A program made the position numbers and the translations under genes. Below are positions 52,700 to 64,000 of a stretch of DNA of 64,000 bases, in pieces. The stretch is taken from NCBI GenBank assembly GCA_013239625.1, contig MU054391.1:8651095-8715094 (forward strand), written 5' to 3'. Positions within the stretch are counted from its first letter, which is position 1. The number at the start of each line of letters is the position of its first letter. Origin of the DNA: Lama guanicoe (Eukaryota). Under the pieces are notes generated by a model that saw nothing but the letters and a program-made list of their open reading frames with translations, did not search any database and was not told the origin of the DNA.

Positions 52700-54105
52700 T
52701 AAAGTAAGTTCTAACCACCGCTTTTAATCCTCCCCTCTCCAGCCATCCTAGATATGTGTTCTTCACCAATGTTGCATCTTCTCAAATCACATTCTGATAA
52801 AATGCTTTCAGTCTGGTTTCTGCTCAATAGACTATTTAAACTAGATTCACTAAAGACACTAATGCTTAACTGATAGTTTCATTTTTCATAGATCTCTGCA
52901 GCTTTTGGCAACATGGACCACTCTCTTCATCCTTGAATTGTTCATGTTCTTAGTTTCCATCTTAACACAGTTTTGGTTCTCCCTACCTGTCTCAGACTAT
53001 AATTTTGTCTGTGCATTTTGAAAGGATCCCCTTCCTTTGTGTATCTGCTAAATGATGCTAATCCTTATAGTTCTGTCCTAGTCTGATTACTCATATAAAA
53101 TTATATACATCCTCAATATAAACTATTGACTCATTTTTTTTCATATTTTTATCCTATATCTCACCTCTGAGCTTTAACCATCTGTGTCTAGACATACATG
53201 AGGCACCCCAGCATACCTTGTTATGTGCTGCTTTATGTCTTCCCCTCCCATGTGTTCACATAAATTCTCAGTTGGAAGGATCTAGATTCATTTGTCCATG
53301 TTAGAAACCTGAGAAGAAGACTAGACGCTATTCTCTCATATTCTGATTCAAGCAATCATTAATTCTTGCCAATTTTTGAATATTTGATATTTAAAAAATC
53401 AGATCCATCCTTTTCTTTCCATTAACACTGATTGAAGACATGTCTTCATCATCCCTGGGACAGACAATTTAAATAATCTTTTAAAGTGTCTTCTTGTCTC
53501 AAACTTGCAAAACTGAATTCCATCTCATCCCAAACTGCAGAGAGTGATGTGAAAATGAGATTCTGACTGAGTCACTTTCCTGCTAAGAACTTGCTGCAGC
53601 TACAGGAAAAACACAAATGAAAAAAGACATTCAAAGCCTTTAACTGCATGTCCCCTACCAGTCTCTCAGGGCAAGTCTGCTTTGTCTTCTAAGCGTTATC
53701 AATTCTGAAGATCTTGAAGTTACTCTCAGGTTCATGCTGGGTTTTGAGTTCCCTGTGGTTTTGCTTATGCTGTTGCCACCACCTAAAATGTTCTTCCTAG
53801 ACTTTTAAATTTAATTCATTGTTTTCTTGCCCTTTGAGTTCCAACTCGGTCTTCACCTCTTGAGGTTGCTTTCCCAAATTCATCTTCTTCACGAGCAAAT
53901 TGAAGCGCTCTTCTGCAAAACAGCCACATTGTCTAGAAACAATGATATTAGGTGCTCACGGTGTTGGTTTTAACTACATATTCCATCAATATCCCATGGT
54001 GTCCTCAAAGGCAAGTATTATATCCTATTAATCTCTGTATTCAGAGAATTTAGCATAGTGTACGTCGCATATTAGGGCTTGGTAAATGCTTATTACAGAA
54101 ATGAT
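52700..54105 (+). mobile_element. L2 LINE (3' ~1.4 kb, decayed)
   Basis: 'tagatctctgcagcttttggcaacatggaccactctctt' near the start. The tail reads 'ttagcatagtgtacgtcgcatattagggcttggtaaatgcttatt'. Confidence 0.7.
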
Positions 54106-55639
54106 AAAATGTTCTCAGTTATAGAAATAATGAATTTTGTCTAAAACCAAAGTTCCATAAATTTAAGAATTTTTGTATATTTGGAAATGTTGGGGATAAA
54201 CCCAACTTTTTCATGACATGTTATCTTTATGATTCATTACTGATTCGATTTTCTAGAATAAAATGGTTGGCTTTCCCCGGGATGGCCTAAGGGGTGTTAG
54301 TCTGTACTTTTGTTATTGTTGTTCTTCTTTTTTTTATAGTATCTTTGTTGGGATTCGGCATCAGGGTTATACTGATCTCAAAGTCTTTGGAAATTCTGAA
54401 CATGCATATACTTTTATTTCTATCTGTGCATGAATATTTTTGCATACACATGTATGCATGCATTCACTGTAAGTACTATGTTTATCCTGTTTTATGTGTG
54501 AGCACTATGTATTGGGTATGATTCTATACATACGTGTGAGCGCTTTAGTGAAGTGTCAGTACAAGTGTGTATAGCGCATTTACTGGTCTACATGAATATA
54601 CATACCCTCCCCAGTCTGCATTCATGTTTCCATTGTGGAAGAATGTATTTGTGTGTGCATGTGTATTTCCATGTGTGTGCTCATCTCTGTGACTGTGTGC
54701 ATGCAGCAGGCATGTTTGATGCATGTACAAACTTTCATGTGGTTTTAAACATTAAGGTTCAGGTGCACCACCTACCTCATAGAGTGAAATTAGAGGGAAA
54801 AAATCATTCAAAATGGAAAATTGCTCTTGCTGGTTAGAAACGACATGCTCCCCTTGCTCACTCACATTTGCATCCCTTATTTTCCAGTGCCTTATATAAT
54901 CTGATGCTGCCAGGACTGTTTGAAGAATTCTTGTTTCAGGTCCCTTCCAGCAGTCTATGAAAAATTCATACCCAGCTCTTGCAAAGACTGAATTCTGGCA
55001 AAGATTTTGCTAGGCAGGGGGTGGCTGCTATGTCCCGATATGCACCTGTCTCAGAGTAGTCTCTGAATACTGGGAAAAGGTTTTCCTAAACATTTCAATC
55101 TTAATGTTTGCTAGATTCCAGCTTTCCAGCTGAGAAGCATGAATTCTCTTTTATTCAACAAAGCGAATGATTTCTTATCATCATATTCCCATTTCTTAAG
55201 CTGCGCAAGAATCTACAATTTTAAAAACTTTTTTCACACATTATCTTATATGATCTTGTGTGACCTTGGTCATTGCATTTCTCTGAGTTTTAGTTGCTTT
55301 TCAGTTTTTGCAAAACTATGATAATTATGAGGACCCTGATAATTCGGCACAGTGAGGATGCAAAGAATATAATGAATTCAAGAACTTGGGAACTGTAAGC
55401 TTAATATAAACGTGCAAGACTGTAACTTCATGTTACTGTAGTCATCGTTATTCTTAGCAAGACTAGAGAGAGTGAAAGACATTATAAGGTGCTTAGTTCA
55501 AAGACTCAAAAACCAAATTCACATTCTCTATGTGTATACTTGGAAAACAGAACAATAAACGATAAACTATTTTCTTTATACGAAAGAAGGGCAACCACAA
55601 GGTAACACAGTCTGCCCATTATATTCAGAATACTTAATT

Positions 55640-56295
55640 GAACCAATGACCAGTGTTAGCAAGTGAGTGGGTAAATGGCATTCTAAGATACTGTTGACAC
55701 TGTTGATGTATGCTACTTTGCACATTGTTTAGCTGTATCTGTCCAAATTTAAATTCTACCTAATGTTTGACCCATTCAATCCCATTCTTGGTATCTAAAC
55801 TAAGGGAAAATATACTTATAAACGCGCATATGCATATATGATTACACACACATATGCATATTTTACAGGGATTACAAATTAATATGTTATATATATAAAT
55901 TGAGATGCAAGTGCATGTATTTGTAAATACACATATATGGTGAAAGTACATATGAGCTATGCATATTTGTTAAATTACTGATAGCCAATCATTGAGAACC
56001 AACTCAAGGTCCATCTGTAAGTGAAGTTTGAGTAACCCATGCTGTATGGCTAAACAGTATTCTATGAGCCATGAAAATAATAGATTAGATCTGGCAGTAA
56101 CATGGACAAATAACTTAGACTGTAGTATTACATTAAGAAAGCAAGTTGCAGAAAAAGATGCCTGGTATAAATCCACTAATCAAAAAATAATACTTATAAA
56201 TATAAATAGGTTGGTTTAAGGACAAAGGTGGGCTTTATCTCTACATGATTCTGCATTTTGATTTTTATGTCCAGGTATCGTTTTTATAATAAACA
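55640..56295 (+). mobile_element. L1ME-type 3' end
   Basis: 'tttgacccattcaatcccattcttggtatcta' and 'ttaagaaagcaagttgcaga'. Confidence 0.6.
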
Positions 56296-56894
56296 AAAGT
56301 CTATCAATACGATGAAGAAAGAGTATGCTAAAAGCATTTACATTTTTAAGAGACAAAACGTATCTTAAAGCTCTTTAGAGACCATTCCATTGAAGCACAA
56401 AGTAAGAGCAACAGTGTGATGGAGCAGTTGGAAGTGAACGTCTAATAACTGCATTCTAATTCTGGCTCACTCAGTGCCACCCGGTGGGTCCTCTGGACAC
56501 AATAGTCTCACTGTTGTCTTTTCTTTATAGCTTGTTATGGGATTATAATAGCTATAATTTCCTTACTTCTTTGGATGTTTCTTCTGAATTAAAACAGTGT
56601 CCTTGATTGGAATCAGTCCCTTGTGAAATGAAGGAGGCTGTGGGAGGAGCTTTCTTAAAGAAAGCAGATTCTCTAACAAGCTGTATCACACTTACTGTGC
56701 TGTGGACCCTAACATTTTCATTCAGGAGAAACTGGGTTAAAATTTATATTCCAGTAAACTTAAAATTAAAAAAAAAGTTGTCCCTAATGGGCAGTGCAAG
56801 AGGCAAGACTTTGTGCTTTGCCAAGTAGCTCTTTCTCTGTGTGTTTAAGTTTCAATTAGAACTTGCAAGAAAAGCTCAGTTTTCTCTCATTTCT

Positions 56895-58275
56895 TAGCAT
56901 ATTAGTTATACTTCTTTTAATTAATTATTTTTTTTTTAGTGGTTGCCCCAGAGTTTGCAATATACTTTTACAGCTAATCCAAATCCACTTTCAAATAACA
57001 CTCTACCACTTCACAGGTTTCGTAAGTACATCGTAATAACAAAATAATTCTAATTTCTCCCTACCATCCTCTGTATCATTGCTGTCATCCATTTTACTTA
57101 CAAAGAGCAACCATATGCAAATACAAATACATAAAATATCCATAAACATGCACAATCAAATCATTATTGAGATGGTTAGCATTTTGAGCAAATTTTTATC
57201 TTAGACTTCTTAAGAATAAGAAAACTAAAATTTTTAATTTTCCCTTCACTTTTTCATGGTTTGATGCTCTTCCTTTTTTTCATGTAGATCTGAATTTCTG
57301 ACCTACATTATTTTTCTTACCATTTCTTGAAAGGCATGGCTACCGACAACAAGTCCCCTCAGTGCTTGCTGTCTGAGAAAGTATCCTTTTCCTCTTCACT
57401 TCAGAGGGATAATTTTTCGTGGTGCAGAATTATAGGTTGGTGGTTTGTTCCTCTTAACATATTAAATAGTTTTCTCCACTCTCTTCTTGTTCAGATGGTT
57501 TCTGAGGAGAAATCAAGTGTGAATCTTATCTTTGCTCCTCAGTAGGTAAGGTTTCTTCCTCTGATTTCTTTCAGAATTTTTTTCCTTATCTTTGATTTTC
57601 TATAGTTTGAAAACGCAGTTCCCATATGTAATTTTTTGACATTTCCCTGCTTGGTGTCCTCTGAACTTCCTGGACTTGTGGTTTGACGTCTGATATTAAT
57701 TTGAGGAAATTCTGAGTCCTTATGGTTTTACGTATTTCTTCTGTTTCGTTGTCTCTTTTTCTCCTTCTCGTATTTCTGTTACACAAATGTTACACATTTT
57801 GCCGTTGTCCCACAGTCTTTGAATACTGTGTTCTGGTTTTTATTTTCAGTTTTTATCTCTTTGCTTCTCAGTTTTCAAAGTTTCTATTGTTATAACCTCA
57901 AGCTCAGATGTTATTTTCTCATCCCTGTCCAGTTTGCTCATTAGTCCATTGATGACATTCTTCATTTTTGTTATGGAAGTTTTTTTTTTTTTTCCTATTT
58001 CTAGCGTGTCTTTTGGTTCTTTCTTAGGATTTCCATCTTTCTGCCTACATGGTCCGCCCGTTCCTGCATGATGTCTACTTTATCTATTACAGCGATTAGC
58101 ATATTTATGACAGTTGTTTTAAATTTCTAGTCTGATAATTCCACCATCCTGCCATATATGGTTCGGGTGCTTGTTCTTTATCTTTAAATTGTGTTTTTTT
58201 GCCTTTTATTATGGCTTGTAATTTTTTCTTTTTTGATAGCTGGATGTGAGGTACCCAGTAAAAGGACCTACTGTA
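56895..58275 (-). mobile_element. L1M ORF1 and inter-ORF region
   Basis: ORF 57586..57786(-), ETEEIRKTIRTQNFLKLISDVKPQVQEVQRTPSR, is L1 ORF1p-like. Confidence 0.82.
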
Positions 58276-58789
58276 CTGATATCAATATAATTAAACACAT
58301 CTTGAGAAAAACATAAATGTATATGTGTACTTAATTAAGTATATACAGAGTTATTAAATACTTACAATGTCCAGTATGAGACTAAGATTTGTACATAATT
58401 ATATCGATTTTCATATTTTCTCACCTTTTAATAATTTTTTTTCCATGAGTGGATAAGAACAACTGTTTGCTTTGGATTTGTTTTCGCAGTTAAGTCGATT
58501 GCCACTTGAGGAAGAGTTCAGGTCCTCTACAAAACAAATGAATTTCCAGATTTAGAATAAGAAGAATCTTAGAGATTTTCCATATCTGTTCTATTCCCTC
58601 TTATCTTCGAAGCCCAGAGAATTTAATTTACTTAACCATTATGCATTTTGTTAGTATGTATTTTACAAGTGAACGGCATAAGAAAGAAAGTAAGTAGTGT
58701 AAGTGGGACTCAAACTATTGTGACTGGATTCCAAGACCAAAGCTCTGTCCAGTGTTTTCTATAGCATCTTTTATGGTTCTTTTTTTAAA

Positions 58790-58945
58790 GACGTTATTTT
58801 TTTAATTGAAGTATAGTCAGTTTATAATGTCATGTCAATTTCCTGTACAGCACAATGCTTCAATCATACATGAATATATGTATATTTGTTTTCATATTCT
58901 TTTTTATCATAAGCTACTACAAGATATCTAATATAGTTCCCTGTG
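58790..58945 (-). mobile_element. Short artiodactyl L1 3' end with TSD
   Basis: 'tttaattgaagtatagtcagtttataatgt..ctacaagatatctaatatagttccctgtg'. The TSD is tatggttctttttt(t)aaa at 58772-58789 / 58946-58962. Confidence 0.85.
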
Positions 58946-58962
58946 TATGGTTCTTTTTTAAA

Positions 58963-59375
58963 CTCTGCAATTGGAAATAATTTTAGCCCAACACAAAAGT
59001 TTCAAAAGTAGTAGAGAGTTCCTCTATACCCTTGACTCTGCTTCCCCTAATGTTTCATCATCTTCACATTAAATTAACAAAACTAAGAAATTAACATTAA
59101 TATAATACTGCTATTAAACTACAGAATATAGGATGTTTAAAAATTCCCAGAATAGGCAAATGCAGAGACATAGAAAATTGATTATTTACCATGGGTTGGT
59201 AGGAGGGGAAATGGTGAGTGACTGCTTAATGGGTATGGTGATGAAAATGTTTTGGAGAGAGACAGAGGTCAAAACATGGTGAATGCACTAAATATATATG
59301 AGTAAATGCCACTGGCCTGCATGCTTTAGAACAGCTAACTTTAGGTTATGTAAATAGTATCTCATTTATTTAAAA
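58963..59375. mobile_element. Two L1M 3'UTR fragments in opposite orientations (~58963-59130 minus; ~59130-59375 plus)
   Basis: 'aaaagtagtagagagttcctctataccc' and 'ccagaataggcaaatgcagagacatagaaa..gagtgactgcttaatgggtatgg'. Confidence 0.65.
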
Positions 59376-60119
59376 TTTGGATAGTGAACCTGTTACAATA
59401 AATTCTGACAATAGTCTGAATGAGAGATGGTACTAGCTTAGACTCTCCTGGAATTAGAGAAGATGAAGACATTTGAGATGTCAGATTTTCCTAGGAAGCA
59501 AGACTGGTGATGGCTTAGCCATGGGAGTACAGGCAGATATAGGTTATTTATAATATAAATATTTCCCGACTCATATGCTAGTTACTCCCTTCTGGATAAT
59601 CTTCTATCTTTTTGACATGATTCTAGTAAAACATGTATCACAGGAAATTATAGTAGGTTGTAGATTTGTTGACCTCGATATATTGAAAGGTTCCAAAGCA
59701 TTTATTGATCTATTAATTTTGTATTCCCATTGCTTGTCTTGCTGTTTGTACACAGTAGGTGCTCTGTGACTTTTGGATAAACAGTGGTGATTACAGATAA
59801 ATAGTTGTGTCAGTGATGTATATGCCTGCGAACGCTTATAAATTTCTTTGCTAATCTTTTGTTCATGAATATTAAGAACATTAAATGTTCCTCTCTGAAT
59901 TAAACAAAATACAAAGTATTGCGGTTGTAATTTCTGATACCATTATAACATTCTGTACTACTAGTATTATATCCATAGATGTGACTGAGTTAATAAATAA
60001 ATAAATGCATATAGAATATCTCTTTGCCCTTATGATGACTTAATATATGAAAAATATCTCCTACAAATTCTATTTTTTTGGATTTTTATAAAACTGCTTG
60101 ATTATTCATTTGCCAGAGG

Positions 60120-62980
60120 ATAAGTGGCTTGTTAGAAATAGAAAGCTTTAATACTGTAGATATTTCAGCGCTCTTGAAATTAATCTGCAAGTGTAATCTT
60201 ACTCAAATCTCAAAATACATTTTTGAAGTCAGACAAAATTATTTTAAATATGTCTGTAAGAACAAATGTGGTCTAATAATTGGGATGTCAAGTATTTCTG
60301 AGTTTAATTATGTTAAGCAGCCATAATAATTTAATGGCCCATGGCCATGTAAGAATAGGCAGACAGACACATCAGTGAGATAGCATAGGAAATTGTTAAA
60401 AAAGCATTATATAGAGAATTTAATATATTTTATAATATCATTTAAAACTGGTAGTCAAGTAATGCATTATTCAAAAATGATCCTGAGACACCTACTGTTT
60501 AGTAGAAAAACGACTGAACAAGCCAGATATGTATTTCACATTTATGCTAAAATAAACTAAGTAGAATTTATATTTTTAAAAACCATAAAAGAAGTAAAAG
60601 AAAGTATAATGAATATTTCTGTTAGAGTTTTGGTATGTAGAAGGACTTTTAAAGCATATCAATAAAACCAGAAACCATGAAGGAAATGACTGATTGGATT
60701 TTATAGATAATTTTAAAATAAATATATAAACCTGCAAAACTGAATAAAAGTGATAAATTTAAGAAAAGTATTGCAATGTATGTAGAATAAGATGGTTTGT
60801 TATTCTTTACAATAAAAGTTATCGTACATCAGTAATAGAAATATTCTGGAAGATAACTTGAAAATGTATCTCAAGAATCTGCATCACAGTTTTATCATTA
60901 AACTAATAATTTAACTTACAGACATTTTTCCTAAAGAAATTGTCAGATAAGAGAAAAAGATGCAATACACGTATTTTCATCACAGTATTGTAAAAAGTAG
61001 TCAAATAAAATTGAAAACATAAATGTCCAATAGTGGATTTCAGATTACATGAATTGAATTATTCTGTAAACATAAAATAAGAGATGATAAAGAAATATGA
61101 AATAATAGTGTAGATATTTACTGACACATATAAATCCTTCAATCATTATTAAAAAGCAGATTTCAAAATACACATTATATGGTTATATGTGTATGCAAGT
61201 GTATATAGAAAAAAATAAATGGAAATGTACAGACTAATACTGAAAATACATATTTATATGTGCATATATATGCATATGTGCCACTGTGTATAGATAGAGA
61301 TACAAGTAAAGTTACAGCCTAACATTGTCAATTAAAATGTTTAACTGTGCTTACTTTTGAATGATGGGTTTAGGAGTGATTTTTCTTACTAGTTTTACTT
61401 TAATAGAACTCATGTTCATCTTTAACTTAAATTTTAATAATTCAGTATTGATAGTGGCAAGTATAGGGTTTTGCTTTTTAGTTTGAATTTTAGATTTAGT
61501 TCCCTAAAACATTACATACTCCAGGAATAGAGTATTTGAAAGCTTCCAAGTAGAAGTCAATAATCTCGAGGCAGCTTCTAAAAGAGCTTCAGTTATCTTT
61601 AGTTCTGCACAACACTGGAGGTTTAATAAAAGAAAAAAAAGTCTTTTTATTGATAAAATGGGTGGCTTTAGGACACACAGAATGGCAAAAAAAAAAAAAA
61701 AGAACAAGAGTTCTCAACTTTGCATCAACAGGATACAGGAACTGAGTGCATGCATTAGACTATACACTTAAGAGCAGCACCTGAGGCTTGATCCTAAAGT
61801 AGTCGTTTGTCTGGACACTGACTCAGAGAATTTTTGTTGCCTGAATCCAACTAAGAGTAACTAAATTATGGTACTAAAAGATTGTCATCTTTGCCTTGGG
61901 AGGATCTTTCATGCAAGGAGCTACTGGTGCATTTCAAATGTAACAGAACCAGAGTTTCTTGGTGCTTACAGAACATGAAACAAGAAAAATAAATTTTATA
62001 AGTAAAAATGTATATATAAGTGGTAGAAATCAAGTTAATAATTACTTTCTGTAACCTAGTAAGAGGTTGTAGGAAAGAAACCTAGAGTGGTAATAGCCAC
62101 CAAAAAGAAGCAAATAATTGTGAAGAGCCAAACGGACTTAGGTCAATTTGTGAATATTATGGTTTGTCCTCAAATTCATATACAAATAACATTCAAGCAG
62201 AGGAGCTGCATTTTAAGTGGCTATCTAAGAAAAATAACTGTCAATATACAGTGAAGAGTCAATATAATCCAGATCATGTTTTCCAAACATAATACATCAA
62301 ATTAAACATGTATTTATATATAATATATCTCTGTCTCTTTCACATACACATAGATAAAAATGGGAGACTTAAAAAATGCAATAATAACCAAAGCACAGAT
62401 CAAGAAAAAATACAGTGAAAATAGCAAAGTTTTAGATGGAATAATCAAAGTAAAACAACAGAAAACAAACAATATGTCAAAACATGAGGCTTTCAGCCAA
62501 GCCTGTACCTGGAAGGGAATATACAATCTTAAGAACATATATTTAAGGGCAGAATGATGGTAAATTAAGTCACGGTTTCAAATTAAAAAAACAAAACTTA
62601 AGACAAAAATCATCAGAGTAAACCCGAAGAATATAATAAAGAATTAACTACGTGAAAACAAAAAGTAACAGAAGCCACTCCTTCAGAAAGTCTAATAAAA
62701 CAGACGCAGATCTAGCAAGAGTAATCAGGAAGCCATCACAGAGAAGCAAAGCTGAGTAATACTGAGAATAAGAGAAGAGACAGCTACAGCTACATAGAGA
62801 AATACTTATAAACTAAGAAATACTAAAGACAAATAAACTACAAAATTACTCAGGAGAATATAAATGAAAACATAGATTACACACACAATTTTAGAAAAAC
62901 ATATGCCACCAAAATAAAATGTTAAATCAAAATCCTAAATAATTCGGTACCTATCAGAAATCCTATCTGTAGGGGGGAAA
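60120..62980 (+). mobile_element. Highly decayed L1M (L1ME-like) fragments (~60120-61450 and ~62030-62980)
   Basis: A-rich ORF2-like remnants, e.g. SALLKLICKCN in ORF 60129..60326, and 'aagtctaataaaacagacgcagatctagcaaga'. Confidence 0.55.
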
Positions 62981-63089
62981 ATGCACTACCTCAGCTTGTG
63001 AGCAAACTCAGACAAAATCATCAGAGCTGCAGGGAGAACCCACAGCTTATGAGCAAGCACTGCCCATGTTAGCCAAGCGCAGAACAGTT

Positions 63090-64000
63090 CCTTCAAGGTT
63101 TTCAACTGACTTCCGATCCATCAGAGGAATCTACAGCAGCTTTGGCCTTATGAAATATATTTCTTAAATAAAGACTTAAAAGTTAAAATGACTCCCTGAT
63201 CCATGGGCTGCAGATTGGATGTTGTATTATTCATTATGAAAACAACAATAATCTTGTACATCTCTGTCAAAGCTCTTGAGAGACCAGGGGCATTGTCAAC
63301 GAGCAGTAATATTTTGAAAGAAATCTCTTTTTCTGAGTGGTAGGTCTCAACAGTGAGCTTACAAATTCAGTAAACCATGTTGTCAACAGATGCGGTGTCA
63401 CCCAGGCTATGTAGTTCTATTTTTAGAGCACAGGCAGGGTAGATTTAGTATAGTTCTTAAGACCCTGGGGTGATCAGAGTGGTAAATGAGCATTGGCTTC
63501 AACTTCAAGTCTCCAGTTGCATTAGCCCCTAACATTGATTGTCAGCCTGTCCTTTGAAGCACTGAAGTCAGAAACTGACTTCTCCTCTTTAGCTGTGAAA
63601 GTGCTAGATGGAATCTTCTTCCAATATAAGATGTTTCATCTACATTGAAAATCCATGGCTTAGTGTAGCCACCTTCATTAATAATCTCAGCTAGATCTTC
63701 CAGATAACTATGCTGCCATCTTTGTACTTTTATGTTATAGAGACGGCTCTTTTCCTTCATCCTCGTGAACCTTTCTCTGCAGGCTTCAAACTTCTCTTCT
63801 GCAGCTTCCTCACATCTCTCAGCCTTCATGGAATTGAAAAGAGTCCGAGCCTTGCTCTGGATTAGGCTTTGGCTTAAAGGAATATTGTGGCTGGTTTGAT
63901 CCTCTATCCAGACCACTAAAGCTTTATCCATATCAAGAAGAAGGCTGCTGGCTTTCATATCATTCGTGTGTTCACTGGAGGGGCACTTTTAATTTCCTTC
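63090..64000 (-). mobile_element. Tigger1 DNA transposon fossil, continuing beyond the window edge
   Basis: 'gaggaatc..tatttcttaaataaagacttaaaagttaaaatgactccctgatccatgggctgcag' plus the transposase ORF below. Confidence 0.92.
63542..63958 (-). pseudogene. Degenerate Tigger1 (pogo / TIGD1-like) transposase segment, CENP-B-type HTH into the start of the DDE domain
   Basis: DMDKALVVWIEDQTSHNIPLSQSLIQSKARTLFNSMKAERCEEAAEEKFEA...YLEDLAEIINEGGYTKPWIFNVDET. Similarity to the transposase is lost after DET, consistent with a frameshift. Confidence 0.9.

Noticed and set aside
54400..54730. His/Cys/Val-rich ORFs
   Set aside because: These are artefacts of degenerate TG/TGCA low-complexity sequence.
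63542..63958. Domesticated TIGD1 gene
   Set aside because: The frame is disrupted and the flanking DNA is decayed Tigger1, so this is a fossil copy.
1..64000. The 60-138 aa ORFs in the supplied track as host genes
   Set aside because: They are short, often lie in repeats or microsatellites, and show no recognisable domains except transposon-derived ones. Their density looks like chance.
1..64000. CRISPR arrays, operons or other prokaryotic systems
   Set aside because: There are no regularly spaced repeats or gene-dense segments, and the whole window is consistent with mammalian genomic DNA.

Overview
This is AT-rich mammalian nuclear DNA, most likely from a camelid (alpaca, vicuna or camel). 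The evidence is a Vic-1-like tRNA-derived SINE at 34136-34265, together with artiodactyl-type L1 3' ends, a Tigger1-derived MITE and an ERV1 LTR fragment. The window reads as a repeat-rich intron or intergenic region, with many old L1M, L2, MIR, MaLR and DNA-transposon fossils, a few younger L1 insertions and a clean solo LTR. I find no host protein-coding gene that I can recognise. The only identifiable ORFs are decayed transposon proteins: L1 ORF1p/ORF2p pieces and a Tigger1 transposase. Points worth a second look are a ~148-bp, ~91%-identical direct duplication bracketing a 2.2-kb block whose ends cut through old repeats, a 5'-inverted (twin-primed) L1, an intact solo LTR with promoter motifs, two Tigger elements sharing one TA site, and a few minus-strand exon-like segments. 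I see no convincing new biological system. Repeat family names come from remembered consensus sequences, and old-repeat boundaries are approximate.
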